From an archaeon (GTDB lineage: Archaea > Nanobdellota > Nanobdellia > Woesearchaeales > UBA9642): a DNA stretch of 29,873 nt. Position 1 is the stretch's first letter, and each line of letters opens with the position of its first letter. Positions 22,901 through 29,642 of the stretch are shown piece after piece. Below the pieces are notes generated by a model. That model worked only from the letters and a program-made list of their open reading frames with translations, searched no databases and had not been told where the DNA came from. The DNA lies in contig JAZDHK010000008.1 in NCBI GenBank assembly GCA_043806035.1, forward strand, positions 1 through 29,873, written 5' to 3'. Position numbers and translations under genes: made by a program.

Positions 22901-23499
22901 TGGAAGACATCGGCGCCGTGAACATGAAAGCGCTCGACGTGTATGCCAGTGCAGAGAAGGATTATCATAGCCTGATGGGCAAGAAGGAAACGCTGGGCAA
23001 AGAACGGGAGGACGTGCTGCTCATGATCAACGAGATCGACACGAAGAAGAAAGAATTGTTCATGAAGACGTTCGACGTGGTCAATCAGAACTTCAAGAAC
23101 ATCTTCGCAGCATTATCAACGAAGGGTGATGCATTCCTGGACTTAGAGGACAAGCACGATCCCTTCAACGGCGGCATGACGATAAAAGTCAAGATTTCCT
23201 CGAAAAAATTCCTCGATATCAGGTCGTTATCAGGAGGGGAGAAGACGCTCACGGCGCTTGCCTTCCTCTTCTCTGTCCAGGATTATGAGCCTGCAGCATT
23301 CTACATCCTCGATGAAGTGGACGCTGCGCTCGACAAGCGGAATTCTGAAAAATTGGCGAAATTGGTCAAGGCATATTCGGAGAAGGCGCAATACTTGATC
23401 ATCTCGCACAACGACGCGGTCATCTCGACAGCAGACAACCTGTACGGTGTCTCGATGCAGGATGATGGCATCAGCAAAGTGACGTCGTTAAAAATATAA
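19963..23499 (+). CDS. smc: chromosome segregation protein SMC
   Basis: 1178 aa. It has a Walker A (GPNGSGKSN), long K/E-rich coiled coils, and a central hinge (GVYGPCVDLV...). The C-terminus has LSGGEKTLTALAFLF and a Walker B (FYILDEVDAALD). Confidence 0.95.
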   Translation: MTRITKLEIKGFKSFGNKTELLFGEKFNCILGPNGSGKSNVIDALCFVLGKSSVKGMRAEKSINLIYNGGKAKNPSKEAEVSIYLDNTNNEFPLPEKEIKLTRLIRDKTGKEKLPDGEEPTAATHGIYKINGKTRTRQQVLDLLSHVRINPDGYNIILQGDIVKLVEMSLIERRQIIEEIAGISIYEEKKGKAIRELQKVEEKLNEADIILAERNTYLKELKKERDQAMKFKRLDDQLKSNKATLLNSQMETRKNDEEANAQLLTGTQKKIQNIQADIAKIKQNVQDKKQEIESINKEVEQKGEKEQVAIHRDVEQLKVTIAVKKQRQETLQGELKKLAERKTQLEQGLAELKTKLTANEESKKSSKKELDQKQKLILDLDKKIEGFKKKNMLDNLGEIDQQIEALDKEADVLQEDIIKMREEQQNLLREKDKLEVVLSGIDEKIAKVLELNKKNKNQLDQLRGKQDEYKKISLELNKALSEDASLASQLSTARAKLLSRKEEKAKAEARNIGIREGIAGGVAITKIMELRQKKPGIIGIVSDLGQVSSKFALALEVAAGQRLRSIVVEDDQVAQECINYLRNNKFGVASFLPLNKMKQRPLPTGIRAKKGQGVYGPCVDLVSYDKRYSAVFDYVFEHTLVVEDIDTARKTGMGEWRMVTLQGDLIEKSGAMHGGFRQKSRDFGFQDKELSDQQEKLDKEIADLTSMVETLDEKKTDMDEDIAKFRLRKSELEGEISAMEKTLHFDSADLDVSKKQKEQIKKELAEASKKLDAVMDNISEKNKTIANVKIKKQELRNKITELRNPALLAELNAFEQKKREVQDDIIRMQGEIKNFDNELANMLAPERDNIEKIFKQQDKEKKEFDNEHAALQKELKDLLAQLAAKEDQEKKFYSQFKELFNKRTKASNELNKLENTIAQKEDLQRQIEQKANVYGLEQAKFRAELSRLQEEFKQYEHVELFKDKPEEQIRKEIAQFEKMVEDIGAVNMKALDVYASAEKDYHSLMGKKETLGKEREDVLLMINEIDTKKKELFMKTFDVVNQNFKNIFAALSTKGDAFLDLEDKHDPFNGGMTIKVKISSKKFLDIRSLSGGEKTLTALAFLFSVQDYEPAAFYILDEVDAALDKRNSEKLAKLVKAYSEKAQYLIISHNDAVISTADNLYGVSMQDDGISKVTSLKI

Positions 23500-23503
23500 A
23501 AAA

Positions 23504-24346
23504 TTATTTCTGCAGTTTCTCGATGAGTTTGCTTGTGGTCGTGAGCTGTGACTTGAACAGGCCATGATTGCTTAAGAACGTGTAGTGCCGTTCAAAACCT
23601 TCGTCTCGCATGCCTTCTGCGGCTACAGCGTCAATTGGCTCAATGAGATGATACCCTCTCTCTGAAGCACCAGCTACTGTCGAGTCGACGCAAACATGGG
23701 TTGATGCACCAGTGATGATAAGTGTATCTATGCCATTTGCGCGAAGATAATTATCGAGGGATACCACTCCTCCTTGTTGCAAGTGCATCGTAACGTCCTC
23801 CTGCTCTTGCGATGCCTCTTTCCAATAATCATCAATGATTTTTTTTCCTGCTGCTTTGAGTGCTTCATCTTCACTCGCTGGTCTGCTTAGATACTCCTCT
23901 GCCTCCCTGTTGCCTAACTGGTAGAGAAATGTCTTGCCAGGGGCGAACCCTGAGAAGTGGGACTTCACGAGGATGTAGTCTGCCAATGCTCTGATTTCAG
24001 GCAGGATCTGCGCGCCCCACGATCCTTTTGCCGAAAGATCTCCCGTAATGCCCATGCCCTCGAACTGTTGACGAGTTGACGGATAGAGATAATTCCTGTC
24101 GTAGACAGTCTCGACAGCAATGACAGGAATGCCTGCCTTTCTTGCAGCGTTCTCTATTTCGAGAATCTTTGCGTTGCTCCTCTTGAGCAGGCTGATGTCA
24201 AAACCCATCTTTGCAAACGCTCCTTTCTCATCACAACCGTCGTTGAGAACGTCGATGACGAGCAAGGCAGTCTTCTTCGGATCGATCTGCAGGTTTGATG
24301 CTGTCGCCATGCCAGTAATCATTTGTTCGTAATGTTCTTGTGTCAT
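23504..24346 (-). CDS. isochorismatase/cysteine-hydrolase family protein with a large internal insertion
   Basis: ATG at 24346 is preceded by GAGGTGA. Catalytic-triad context: ALLVIDVLND (Asp), VKSHFSGF (Lys), ITGASTHVCVDSTV (Cys). About 55-60 charged residues are inserted between the Lys and Cys segments. Confidence 0.75.
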   Translation of the reverse strand: MTQEHYEQMITGMATASNLQIDPKKTALLVIDVLNDGCDEKGAFAKMGFDISLLKRSNAKILEIENAARKAGIPVIAVETVYDRNYLYPSTRQQFEGMGITGDLSAKGSWGAQILPEIRALADYILVKSHFSGFAPGKTFLYQLGNREAEEYLSRPASEDEALKAAGKKIIDDYWKEASQEQEDVTMHLQQGGVVSLDNYLRANGIDTLIITGASTHVCVDSTVAGASERGYHLIEPIDAVAAEGMRDEGFERHYTFLSNHGLFKSQLTTTSKLIEKLQK

Positions 24347-24378
24347 GATTTCACCTCGTTTATGAGTACTGTGTTGTT

Positions 24379-24774
24379 CTATTCTTGTGAAGTTGGTCTG
24401 TTCTTTGGAATGAGCGCGGTTCCGTATGCGTGGTTGAATCTCCATTCACAATACCCTCCTTGTTTCAAGTCAAATCTCAGGTCGGTGATTGCTTCTGCAC
24501 CACAGCACTCACCTCTTCGAACGAGTCGCTCTAGCGCACTCATGCATCCTTCCGGTTCCTTTCCTTCCATCGCTTCGACTAATTGTATGCTGTATTCACT
24601 AAGAGTTGTGCTTTTGCTGGTACAGTAGTCGCTTGCTGAAAGAGGAAAGGCGTACGTGCTTGCTTTTTGACGCAATTCACAACGCACATTTTCCAGCGTC
24701 TCTGCTGCCTGCTGCTCACGCAATTCCTCTTCCGCTTTCTTACGTTGTTCCTCTCTTTTTTTCTCATTCATCAT
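24379..24774 (-). CDS. hypothetical protein with a charged N-terminal helix and a Cys-containing C-terminal domain
   Basis: 131 aa. GAGGTGAG lies immediately upstream of the tandem ATGs at 24774/24771, so the second ATG is probably used. It sits 32 nt upstream of the isochorismatase-family gene. Confidence 0.5.
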   Translation of the reverse strand: MMNEKKREEQRKKAEEELREQQAAETLENVRCELRQKASTYAFPLSASDYCTSKSTTLSEYSIQLVEAMEGKEPEGCMSALERLVRRGECCGAEAITDLRFDLKQGGYCEWRFNHAYGTALIPKNRPTSQE

Positions 24775-24877
24775 CTCACCTCATTTTTATTACTATTGTA
24801 TAGTGATTAATCTATTTATATCTAATTTGTCTAAAAATAGACGAAAATAATATAAACGTGCTTTGCGGAAGTAAACT

Positions 24878-25594
24878 ATGGATACTGAACAGCTGCGCAA
24901 GCTCGGCCTATCAGAGAGCGAAGCCAAGGTTTACTTAACCTTGCTCCGCTGGGGGGAATCAACGGTTGCAGAAATCAGCCAGAACGCAGGCCTGCACCGA
25001 ACAAACATCTATGACAGCAGCGAAAAACTCAAAGAGAAGGGGCTAGTTTCCTATCTTCTGAAAAACAATAAACAGTATGTGCGGGCAGCTGATCCTGAGG
25101 CTCTGCTCCATTTCCTGAAAGAACAAGAGGAATCGATAGAAAAACTCGTTCCCAAACTCAAAGCAATACAATCACGCATACCCGAGAAGGTAACCGTTGA
25201 AATATTCAAGGGACAGCAAGGCATGAAAGCAGCACTCAAAGACATACTGCTGAAGAAACAAACCGTTCTTGGCTACAGCATCTCCGGACAACTCCGAACG
25301 TACTTGCCAGAGTTCGCCAAATACTACTTCAGAGAACAGACAAAGAACAAAATACTGCACAAATTCATCTACACCGAAGGCGTCAAGCCACCTGCGAAGC
25401 ATTACGATGTGAAATACCTTCCAAAGGAATACCTTGGCTCATCGGGAAATCTCTGCTATGGAGATGTGCTGCTCAACCTCATCTGGGAGCCGGAACTCGT
25501 CGCTATCCGCATCCAGTCGAAAGAGCTCGCAGAGAATTTCAGGAAACACTTCAAGCTGTTGTGGAGCATCGCCACTTCACGTCCAGAAATCTAA
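24878..25594 (+). CDS. trmB: TrmB-family (sugar-responsive) transcriptional regulator
   Basis: LRKLGLSESEAKVYLTLLRWGESTVAEISQNAGLHRTNIYDSSEKLKEKGLV is the classic TrmB wHTH. The gene is 238 aa, and an AATATAAA box lies about 26 nt upstream of the ATG. Confidence 0.85.
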   Translation: MDTEQLRKLGLSESEAKVYLTLLRWGESTVAEISQNAGLHRTNIYDSSEKLKEKGLVSYLLKNNKQYVRAADPEALLHFLKEQEESIEKLVPKLKAIQSRIPEKVTVEIFKGQQGMKAALKDILLKKQTVLGYSISGQLRTYLPEFAKYYFREQTKNKILHKFIYTEGVKPPAKHYDVKYLPKEYLGSSGNLCYGDVLLNLIWEPELVAIRIQSKELAENFRKHFKLLWSIATSRPEI

Positions 25595-25770
25595 TCCAGC
25601 AGAGGCCAGCAATACGGTTTCTTTCCTTGCTCGTACGGCGGGCAAGGTGGCGCCCTTTCTGTTGGCTTGATCGGATACTGCCTGATGAGCTCCATCATCT
25701 TCCTGAACTCCTCAAGATTTGCAAGTGCTTGTTTCCAGCGGGGTGTTTCCTGAATGGTCTGTTCTAGCAT
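25591..25770 (-). CDS. 59-aa hypothetical protein, below the ORF-track length cutoff
   Basis: GGAGGAAACC-ATG: a strong SD 5 nt upstream of the ATG at 25770, 10 nt after the sufE-like stop. Translation MLEQTIQETPRWKQALANLEEFRKMMELIRQYPIKPTERAPPCPPYEQGKKPYCWPLLD. The stop TAG is at 25591-25593. Confidence 0.45.
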   Translation of the reverse strand: MLEQTIQETPRWKQALANLEEFRKMMELIRQYPIKPTERAPPCPPYEQGKKPYCWPLLD

Positions 25771-25780
25771 GGTTTCCTCC

Positions 25781-26191
25781 TTACTGCTGGTATGTTTTCG
25801 CTTTCTCCTTCATGAACGCGTAGATGTTGTCGAAGGAATTCGCTTGCATATAGAACATGTGCGCGGTGATGTTCGTCTTTTTCAAGAAGTCCGTGATGGC
25901 GGGCTCGGCGGCAATCACTTCTTGCGGCGTCAACCCCGATAGTGCCTGCGTGAGGATGTACACGCACCCTCTGATGGGGAGTTCTTCCGAGTATCCTTTG
26001 TATTTCATCTTCCCATCGATACAATCCGCTGCGATGTACGTTTCGGAGATGCAGCCGGGCACCTTATTCTCAGACTGCCTGAGTGCGGGATTGTTTATGA
26101 CGTTCTTTCCAAAGATCATGAGCGCCTCTATCTTGTTCTCTTCATACGTAATGTCGAACTCTTTTTGGAAAGTGAGCAGCTGGTCGAGCAT
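25781..26191 (-). CDS. sufE: SufE-like sulfur acceptor protein
   Basis: KVPGCISETYI matches the SufE V.GC.S.VW active-site loop, and SEELPIRGCVYILTQALSGLTPQEV and a C-terminal helix are collinear with SufE. I prefer the ATG at 26191 over the TTG at 26197. An AATAAAAG box lies about 26 nt upstream. Confidence 0.65.
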   Translation of the reverse strand: MLDQLLTFQKEFDITYEENKIEALMIFGKNVINNPALRQSENKVPGCISETYIAADCIDGKMKYKGYSEELPIRGCVYILTQALSGLTPQEVIAAEPAITDFLKKTNITAHMFYMQANSFDNIYAFMKEKAKTYQQ

Positions 26192-26234
26192 GAGCAAAGG
26201 AATACGCGTGTGCTTTTATTGTTTTTGGGTTAAC

Positions 26235-26242
26235 TTTTTAAA
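26235..26242 (+). promoter_or_regulatory. TATA box (TTTTTAAA) for initiator tRNA-Met
   Basis: Centred about 28 nt upstream of the tRNA 5-prime end at 26267, the same spacing as for tRNA-Gly. Confidence 0.5.
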
Positions 26243-26266
26243 GACCGTGTAGTTCCTTCGTCGCAT

Positions 26267-26365
26267 AGCGAGGTAGGGCAGTCAGGAGTGCCCGCCGGGC
26301 TCATAACCCGGAGGTCGGTGGAAGTAGTGGAAGGCTACTGCCGAATTCAAATCCACTCCTCGCTA
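26267..26365 (+). tRNA. initiator-type tRNA-Met(CAU) with a 24-nt non-canonical intron (26322-26345) between positions 53 and 54
   Basis: Hand-folded cloverleaf. Acceptor AGCGAGG/CCTCGCT (A1:U72), D stem GGGC/GCCC, anticodon stem CCGGG/CCCGG (G29-31:C39-41), loop CTCATAA. T stem GGTGG (26317-21)/CCACT (26353-57) and T loop TTCAAAT (26346-52). Discriminator A. The intron forms a BHB motif (see findings). Confidence 0.85.
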
Positions 26366-26528
26366 TACCTTCCATTTTTTTTCATGCAAGTGCTGATCTT
26401 GACTAGAAACATTTAAAAAGGACATGAATTTCTAGTGAGTGATTTGTCGAGGTGACACGAACCCTGCTGTGATGGATTGCTCAGGAGTAACCAGCAACGG
26501 TCTTTCGGGTTCATCCCTCGCTGCTCAC

Positions 26529-26912
26529 ATGAAAATAAAGCTTCTCCAGATACGAAATGACGAAACGTATAATGAGATCACGATAGAGAAGTCTGCTCTG
26601 TTTCTTGATCACTTGCAAGCGTTCATCCATAACGTGGGGTTGGGCAAGCCGAGCTCCGCGTACGAAGTTGATGGGAAGAAGTATGACCGGAACACGTACT
26701 ACACGCTCTTCTACGAGGATCATAAAGATGATTTTGCATTGAAGCGAAGCTCCATCAAGGAATTCAGTGATGGGCAAACGGTGCGCTATCACAATCGCCA
26801 TTTGGAATTGCTCATCATCTTCTTGCAGAAAAAGATCAAGATCATCTTCCACTGCGACCCAAAAACGAGAAGGAAGATCATCGCTGCATTGCAGCAGTTC
26901 GTTGATCTCTAG
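26529..26912 (+). CDS. hypothetical protein (127 aa from the ATG at 26529; 157 aa if the leaderless GTG at 26439 is used)
   Basis: K/E/D-rich coding-like composition, in contrast to the antisense ORF 26511..27044. A CATTTAAAAAG box at 26410-26420 is centred about 25 nt upstream of the GTG at 26439, so the start is uncertain. The 3-prime end overlaps the convergent radical SAM gene by 35 nt. Confidence 0.45.
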   Translation: MKIKLLQIRNDETYNEITIEKSALFLDHLQAFIHNVGLGKPSSAYEVDGKKYDRNTYYTLFYEDHKDDFALKRSSIKEFSDGQTVRYHNRHLELLIIFLQKKIKIIFHCDPKTRRKIIAALQQFVDL

Positions 26913-27738
26913 ACCCGTACAGTTTCCAGCACAGGCCACAATCGCCATGTTCTCGAATATATGCGGAAATGTCTTCTTTTGCGTAACCATCAGCACGAGC
27001 AAGACCACGTATGCCTTGTGCATTGAGGATGCGTAAGCGTTCATCTTTTTTTGCTAAACGCACGATGTCAACGAGTGGCATGTCAATGATGCTTCCCGGA
27101 AGGAAGGTGTGCTGCAAGGGATAGCAGCACATGTAGGGAACTCCTTGCGGATTGATGCATAATACGTACGTATCAAGAGCGTGTTTGCACATTTGCCCAT
27201 CGTTCTTTAATTCTGCTGGTCTGATGTTCATCTGAGCCGCTCTGCCTATAGGCATGATATTTTTTCTTCCTGTCGGGCCTCGATACTCGACGTCAATGTA
27301 GTTTTTTGCTATCTTTCTGAGCAGCTCTCCCCTCTCGAGAGGAATGCCTGCTTCTTTGTGATACTTGTCTTTTGAGGAAATGTCTAATTCTTCTACACCT
27401 TGCAGGATGAGTTCCTCAAGAACCGTGCGGGTTCGTTCTTCATCCACTGCCCAGTACGCATTTGTTTGCAGGCCGACGCCGATTTTTCCTTGTTTTCGCT
27501 CTATGCGTTTCCTGTTCTCTTCTGCAATGTGCTGAAGGAATGTGGTGAGTGATTTTTTTATGGTGAGTGGCTCTCCTCCGCTCAGCCAGAGGAAAAGTTC
27601 CCTTTTGGGCAGATGCTGTACTGCCCGTGCAAAGTCCTCCTCAGAAATCGTGCTTTGTCCTGGGCCTGCTGCCAGGTAGCAATGCTTGCAGGAGACGTTG
27701 CAGTTCTTCGTGATGACAAAATACAGATAAGCAAACAT
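26878..27738 (-). CDS. radical SAM protein with a C-terminal Cys-rich (SPASM/twitch-like) region
   Basis: CNVSCKHC is the CX3CX2C motif at residues 13-20, and GGEPL follows. C-terminal cysteines: CKHALDTYVLCINPQGVPYMCC and GDCGLCW. Leaderless: TATA at 27761-27768 is centred 26 nt upstream of the ATG. Confidence 0.8.
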   Translation of the reverse strand: MFAYLYFVITKNCNVSCKHCYLAAGPGQSTISEEDFARAVQHLPKRELFLWLSGGEPLTIKKSLTTFLQHIAEENRKRIERKQGKIGVGLQTNAYWAVDEERTRTVLEELILQGVEELDISSKDKYHKEAGIPLERGELLRKIAKNYIDVEYRGPTGRKNIMPIGRAAQMNIRPAELKNDGQMCKHALDTYVLCINPQGVPYMCCYPLQHTFLPGSIIDMPLVDIVRLAKKDERLRILNAQGIRGLARADGYAKEDISAYIREHGDCGLCWKLYGSRDQRTAAMQR

Positions 27739-27760
27739 GCATAATGTTACTACTTTCTAG

Positions 27761-27768
27761 TTTATAAA
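27761..27768 (-). promoter_or_regulatory. TATA box (TTTATAAA) for the radical SAM gene, overlapping the stop codon of the upstream PhoU-like gene
   Basis: The TAA stop of the PhoU-like CDS (27762-27764 on the minus strand) lies inside the palindromic TTTATAAA box. Confidence 0.5.
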
Positions 27769-28601
27769 CTTTTGCAGTGCAGTGCAAAGATATCCCCGTA
27801 GAGAGACGTGAGTACTCTGGCAATGTTGTGCTGGTGCATGCTCTGCCTGTTGATGGTCTCTCCGCGCAATTGGTTCTTCAGTTCATATGTTCGTGGCTGG
27901 CTTGCCGCGTACGTCTGTGCGTTGAACTTGTAGAAGAGCTCGTATGCTGTCCGCATGAGCTGGATGAGCTCCTTGCCGGGATTTGTTTTCGTGAGCAACA
28001 GCCAGTACAGCTCGTCGCTCATCTTGTCGAGCTTGTCGATGATGAGATAATATAACGGCGTCTTCTCATACTCCGTGTGACCGTGCCTGAGCAGGATTCT
28101 CTGGGCGTAATTCATGAGTTTTTTTGCTGTTCTGTGCAGTCCTGTGGCGCTTGCGCTGTCCCCTTCTGCCATCTCGATGATGAGCAGCCAGATGCGTCGC
28201 AATACTGAGGAAAAGCTCTCCTCTGCGTCGCGCATGATGTCCTTGAGCAGGATGCTGTCCTTCTTGTGCTCTACCACCTCGAGGCCTATGAGATTTTTCT
28301 CTGCAATGTTGATGATCTCCTCGACGAGCAGGGCATCTTTCGTGATGATGCGTATCCCTTCGATGCCAACGCGGTAGCTGCTCTGCAATATGCGCAGCAT
28401 GCTTCTTGCATAGAGCGCCCCATCAATCGTGAGCGTGCTCTCTTCTTGTCCTGGCGGCGAGATGACTGCCTTGCTGCCGACGAGGTCGAGCTGTACTGTT
28501 CTCGTCTTGTCGAGCTTATGCCTCTTCACCCATTCCAGCGGGAGCGTTATCGTGTAGGATTTCCTGTCCTTGGGTCCTTGGGCGGTGAGTTTCTTCTCCA
28601 T
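27762..28601 (-). CDS. AbrB/SpoVT-domain plus PhoU-domain regulator (archaeal phosphate-uptake-regulator-like)
   Basis: ATG at 28601 with a TTTAAATA box about 28 nt upstream. The N-terminus KSYTITLPLEWVKRHKLDKTRTVQLDL is a swapped-hairpin AbrB-type motif. It is followed by about 200 aa of helical repeats typical of PhoU. The ORF-track start at 28760 would run through the promoter and the divergent gene. Confidence 0.65.
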   Translation of the reverse strand: MEKKLTAQGPKDRKSYTITLPLEWVKRHKLDKTRTVQLDLVGSKAVISPPGQEESTLTIDGALYARSMLRILQSSYRVGIEGIRIITKDALLVEEIINIAEKNLIGLEVVEHKKDSILLKDIMRDAEESFSSVLRRIWLLIIEMAEGDSASATGLHRTAKKLMNYAQRILLRHGHTEYEKTPLYYLIIDKLDKMSDELYWLLLTKTNPGKELIQLMRTAYELFYKFNAQTYAASQPRTYELKNQLRGETINRQSMHQHNIARVLTSLYGDIFALHCKSL

Positions 28602-28689
28602 ACTCACTATTATAACTTGTTGTAGTTTAAATATTTTGTCATAGCATAAATTATATTTTGCTGAGTTTCCTCGCGATAACAGTGAGAAC

Positions 28690-29253
28690 ATGAACCTAGA
28701 ACAACGCGCAGAAAAACTCGCAACGCACTTCCATGAAGGACAGTTCAGAAGAAACCGCAACTTGCCCTACATCACGCATCCCGCAAGTATAGTCCTGATG
28801 CTCAAAGACTATGGCATCACTGATGAGTACAGCATCTGCATTGCCTGGATGCACGACCTTCTTGAAGACACGTCCTGCCCGTACGAAACACTCGTCGAGA
28901 CCTTTGGAAAGCACATTGCAGAGGGAGTCCAGTGGATGACCCAGTCGGGCAGCCACGACGATTACAGAAGACAGATAGCACGAGCTCCCTCGAGAGTGCA
29001 GATTGTCAAGCTGTTTGATGTCATGCATAATCTCAAGACGCTCGAGTATCTCAATGTTACAGGCATCTCCCGTAAGATGGAGAGTTGCTACACGTTCTAC
29101 ATTCCTCTTGCACGCAGCATCGATTCCGTCCTTGAAAAGATGTTGCGGGACTCGCTTTTCGACTTCTACAAACGGGCGAAGGTGGCAGCAACTGATCCGA
29201 CGGTGCAGTCTGCAAAGATACCTCGCAAGCCGTATGATGCGTGTGTTGCCTGA
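28690..29253 (+). CDS. HD-domain hydrolase of the RelA/SpoT (Mesh1-like small alarmone hydrolase) type
   Basis: AEKLATHFHEGQFRRNRNLPYITHPASIVLML..DEYSICIAWMHDLLEDT matches the A..H.GQ.R..G.PYI.HP..V......D......A.LHD..ED signature of (p)ppGpp hydrolase domains. 187 aa, single domain. Confidence 0.75.
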   Translation: MNLEQRAEKLATHFHEGQFRRNRNLPYITHPASIVLMLKDYGITDEYSICIAWMHDLLEDTSCPYETLVETFGKHIAEGVQWMTQSGSHDDYRRQIARAPSRVQIVKLFDVMHNLKTLEYLNVTGISRKMESCYTFYIPLARSIDSVLEKMLRDSLFDFYKRAKVAATDPTVQSAKIPRKPYDACVA

Positions 29254-29344
29254 AGGAATGAGTGCAACACCAGCACTGGACACCATGCACAAAGCTTTTT
29301 GTTCTGTACAACGCTCTCCATTGCCGCTTTCGGAGGGAGAATAT

Positions 29345-29572
29345 ATGGAACAAAAATCTGAGCTGGAATTGTTGCTGGAGAAGAATGCGAGCAGGGAAGG
29401 GCTTTCTCGCGCAGAATACAAGCGCGCATCCTTCCTGATAGGGCATCCCGAATACGCTGAAGAAGATTGCTGGCTTTGTAAAATGAGCTGTCCTCAGGAT
29501 ATTGAGAAGGCCATTTATGATACGGGCCTTTGTCAGAGCCATGCGGGCTATGCGCTGGCGACGAGAAAGTAA
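29345..29572 (+). CDS. small Cys/His-containing hypothetical protein (75 aa)
   Basis: GGAGGGAG SD lies 6-7 nt upstream of the ATG at 29345. Translation MEQKSELELLLEKN...DCWLCKMSCPQD...GLCQSHAGY. In-frame ATGs at 29234, 29258 and 29285 lack a comparable SD. Confidence 0.4.
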   Translation: MEQKSELELLLEKNASREGLSRAEYKRASFLIGHPEYAEEDCWLCKMSCPQDIEKAIYDTGLCQSHAGYALATRK

Positions 29573-29613
29573 TGCCTTTCTGTTACCACACTTTAGTGAT
29601 AAAAAACGAAACA

Positions 29614-29621
29614 TTTATAAA
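29614..29621 (+). promoter_or_regulatory. TATA box (TTTATAAA) for the last, truncated gene
   Basis: Centred about 26 nt upstream of the ATG at 29643, suggesting a leaderless transcript. Confidence 0.5.
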
Positions 29622-29642
29622 GCTAGAAAACAATGAATAGTC

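Noticed and set aside
26511-27044. 177-aa minus-strand ORF
   Set aside because: It overlaps the radical SAM C-terminus in another frame and lies antisense to a more protein-like plus-strand ORF. It has no start signals.
28696-29614. Minus-strand ORFs of 241 aa and 185 aa (28696..29421 and 29057..29614) opposite the HD hydrolase and the small Cys protein
   Set aside because: They are antisense to a motif-supported HD gene. They have Cys/Arg/Ser-rich non-protein-like sequences and no upstream TATA or SD.
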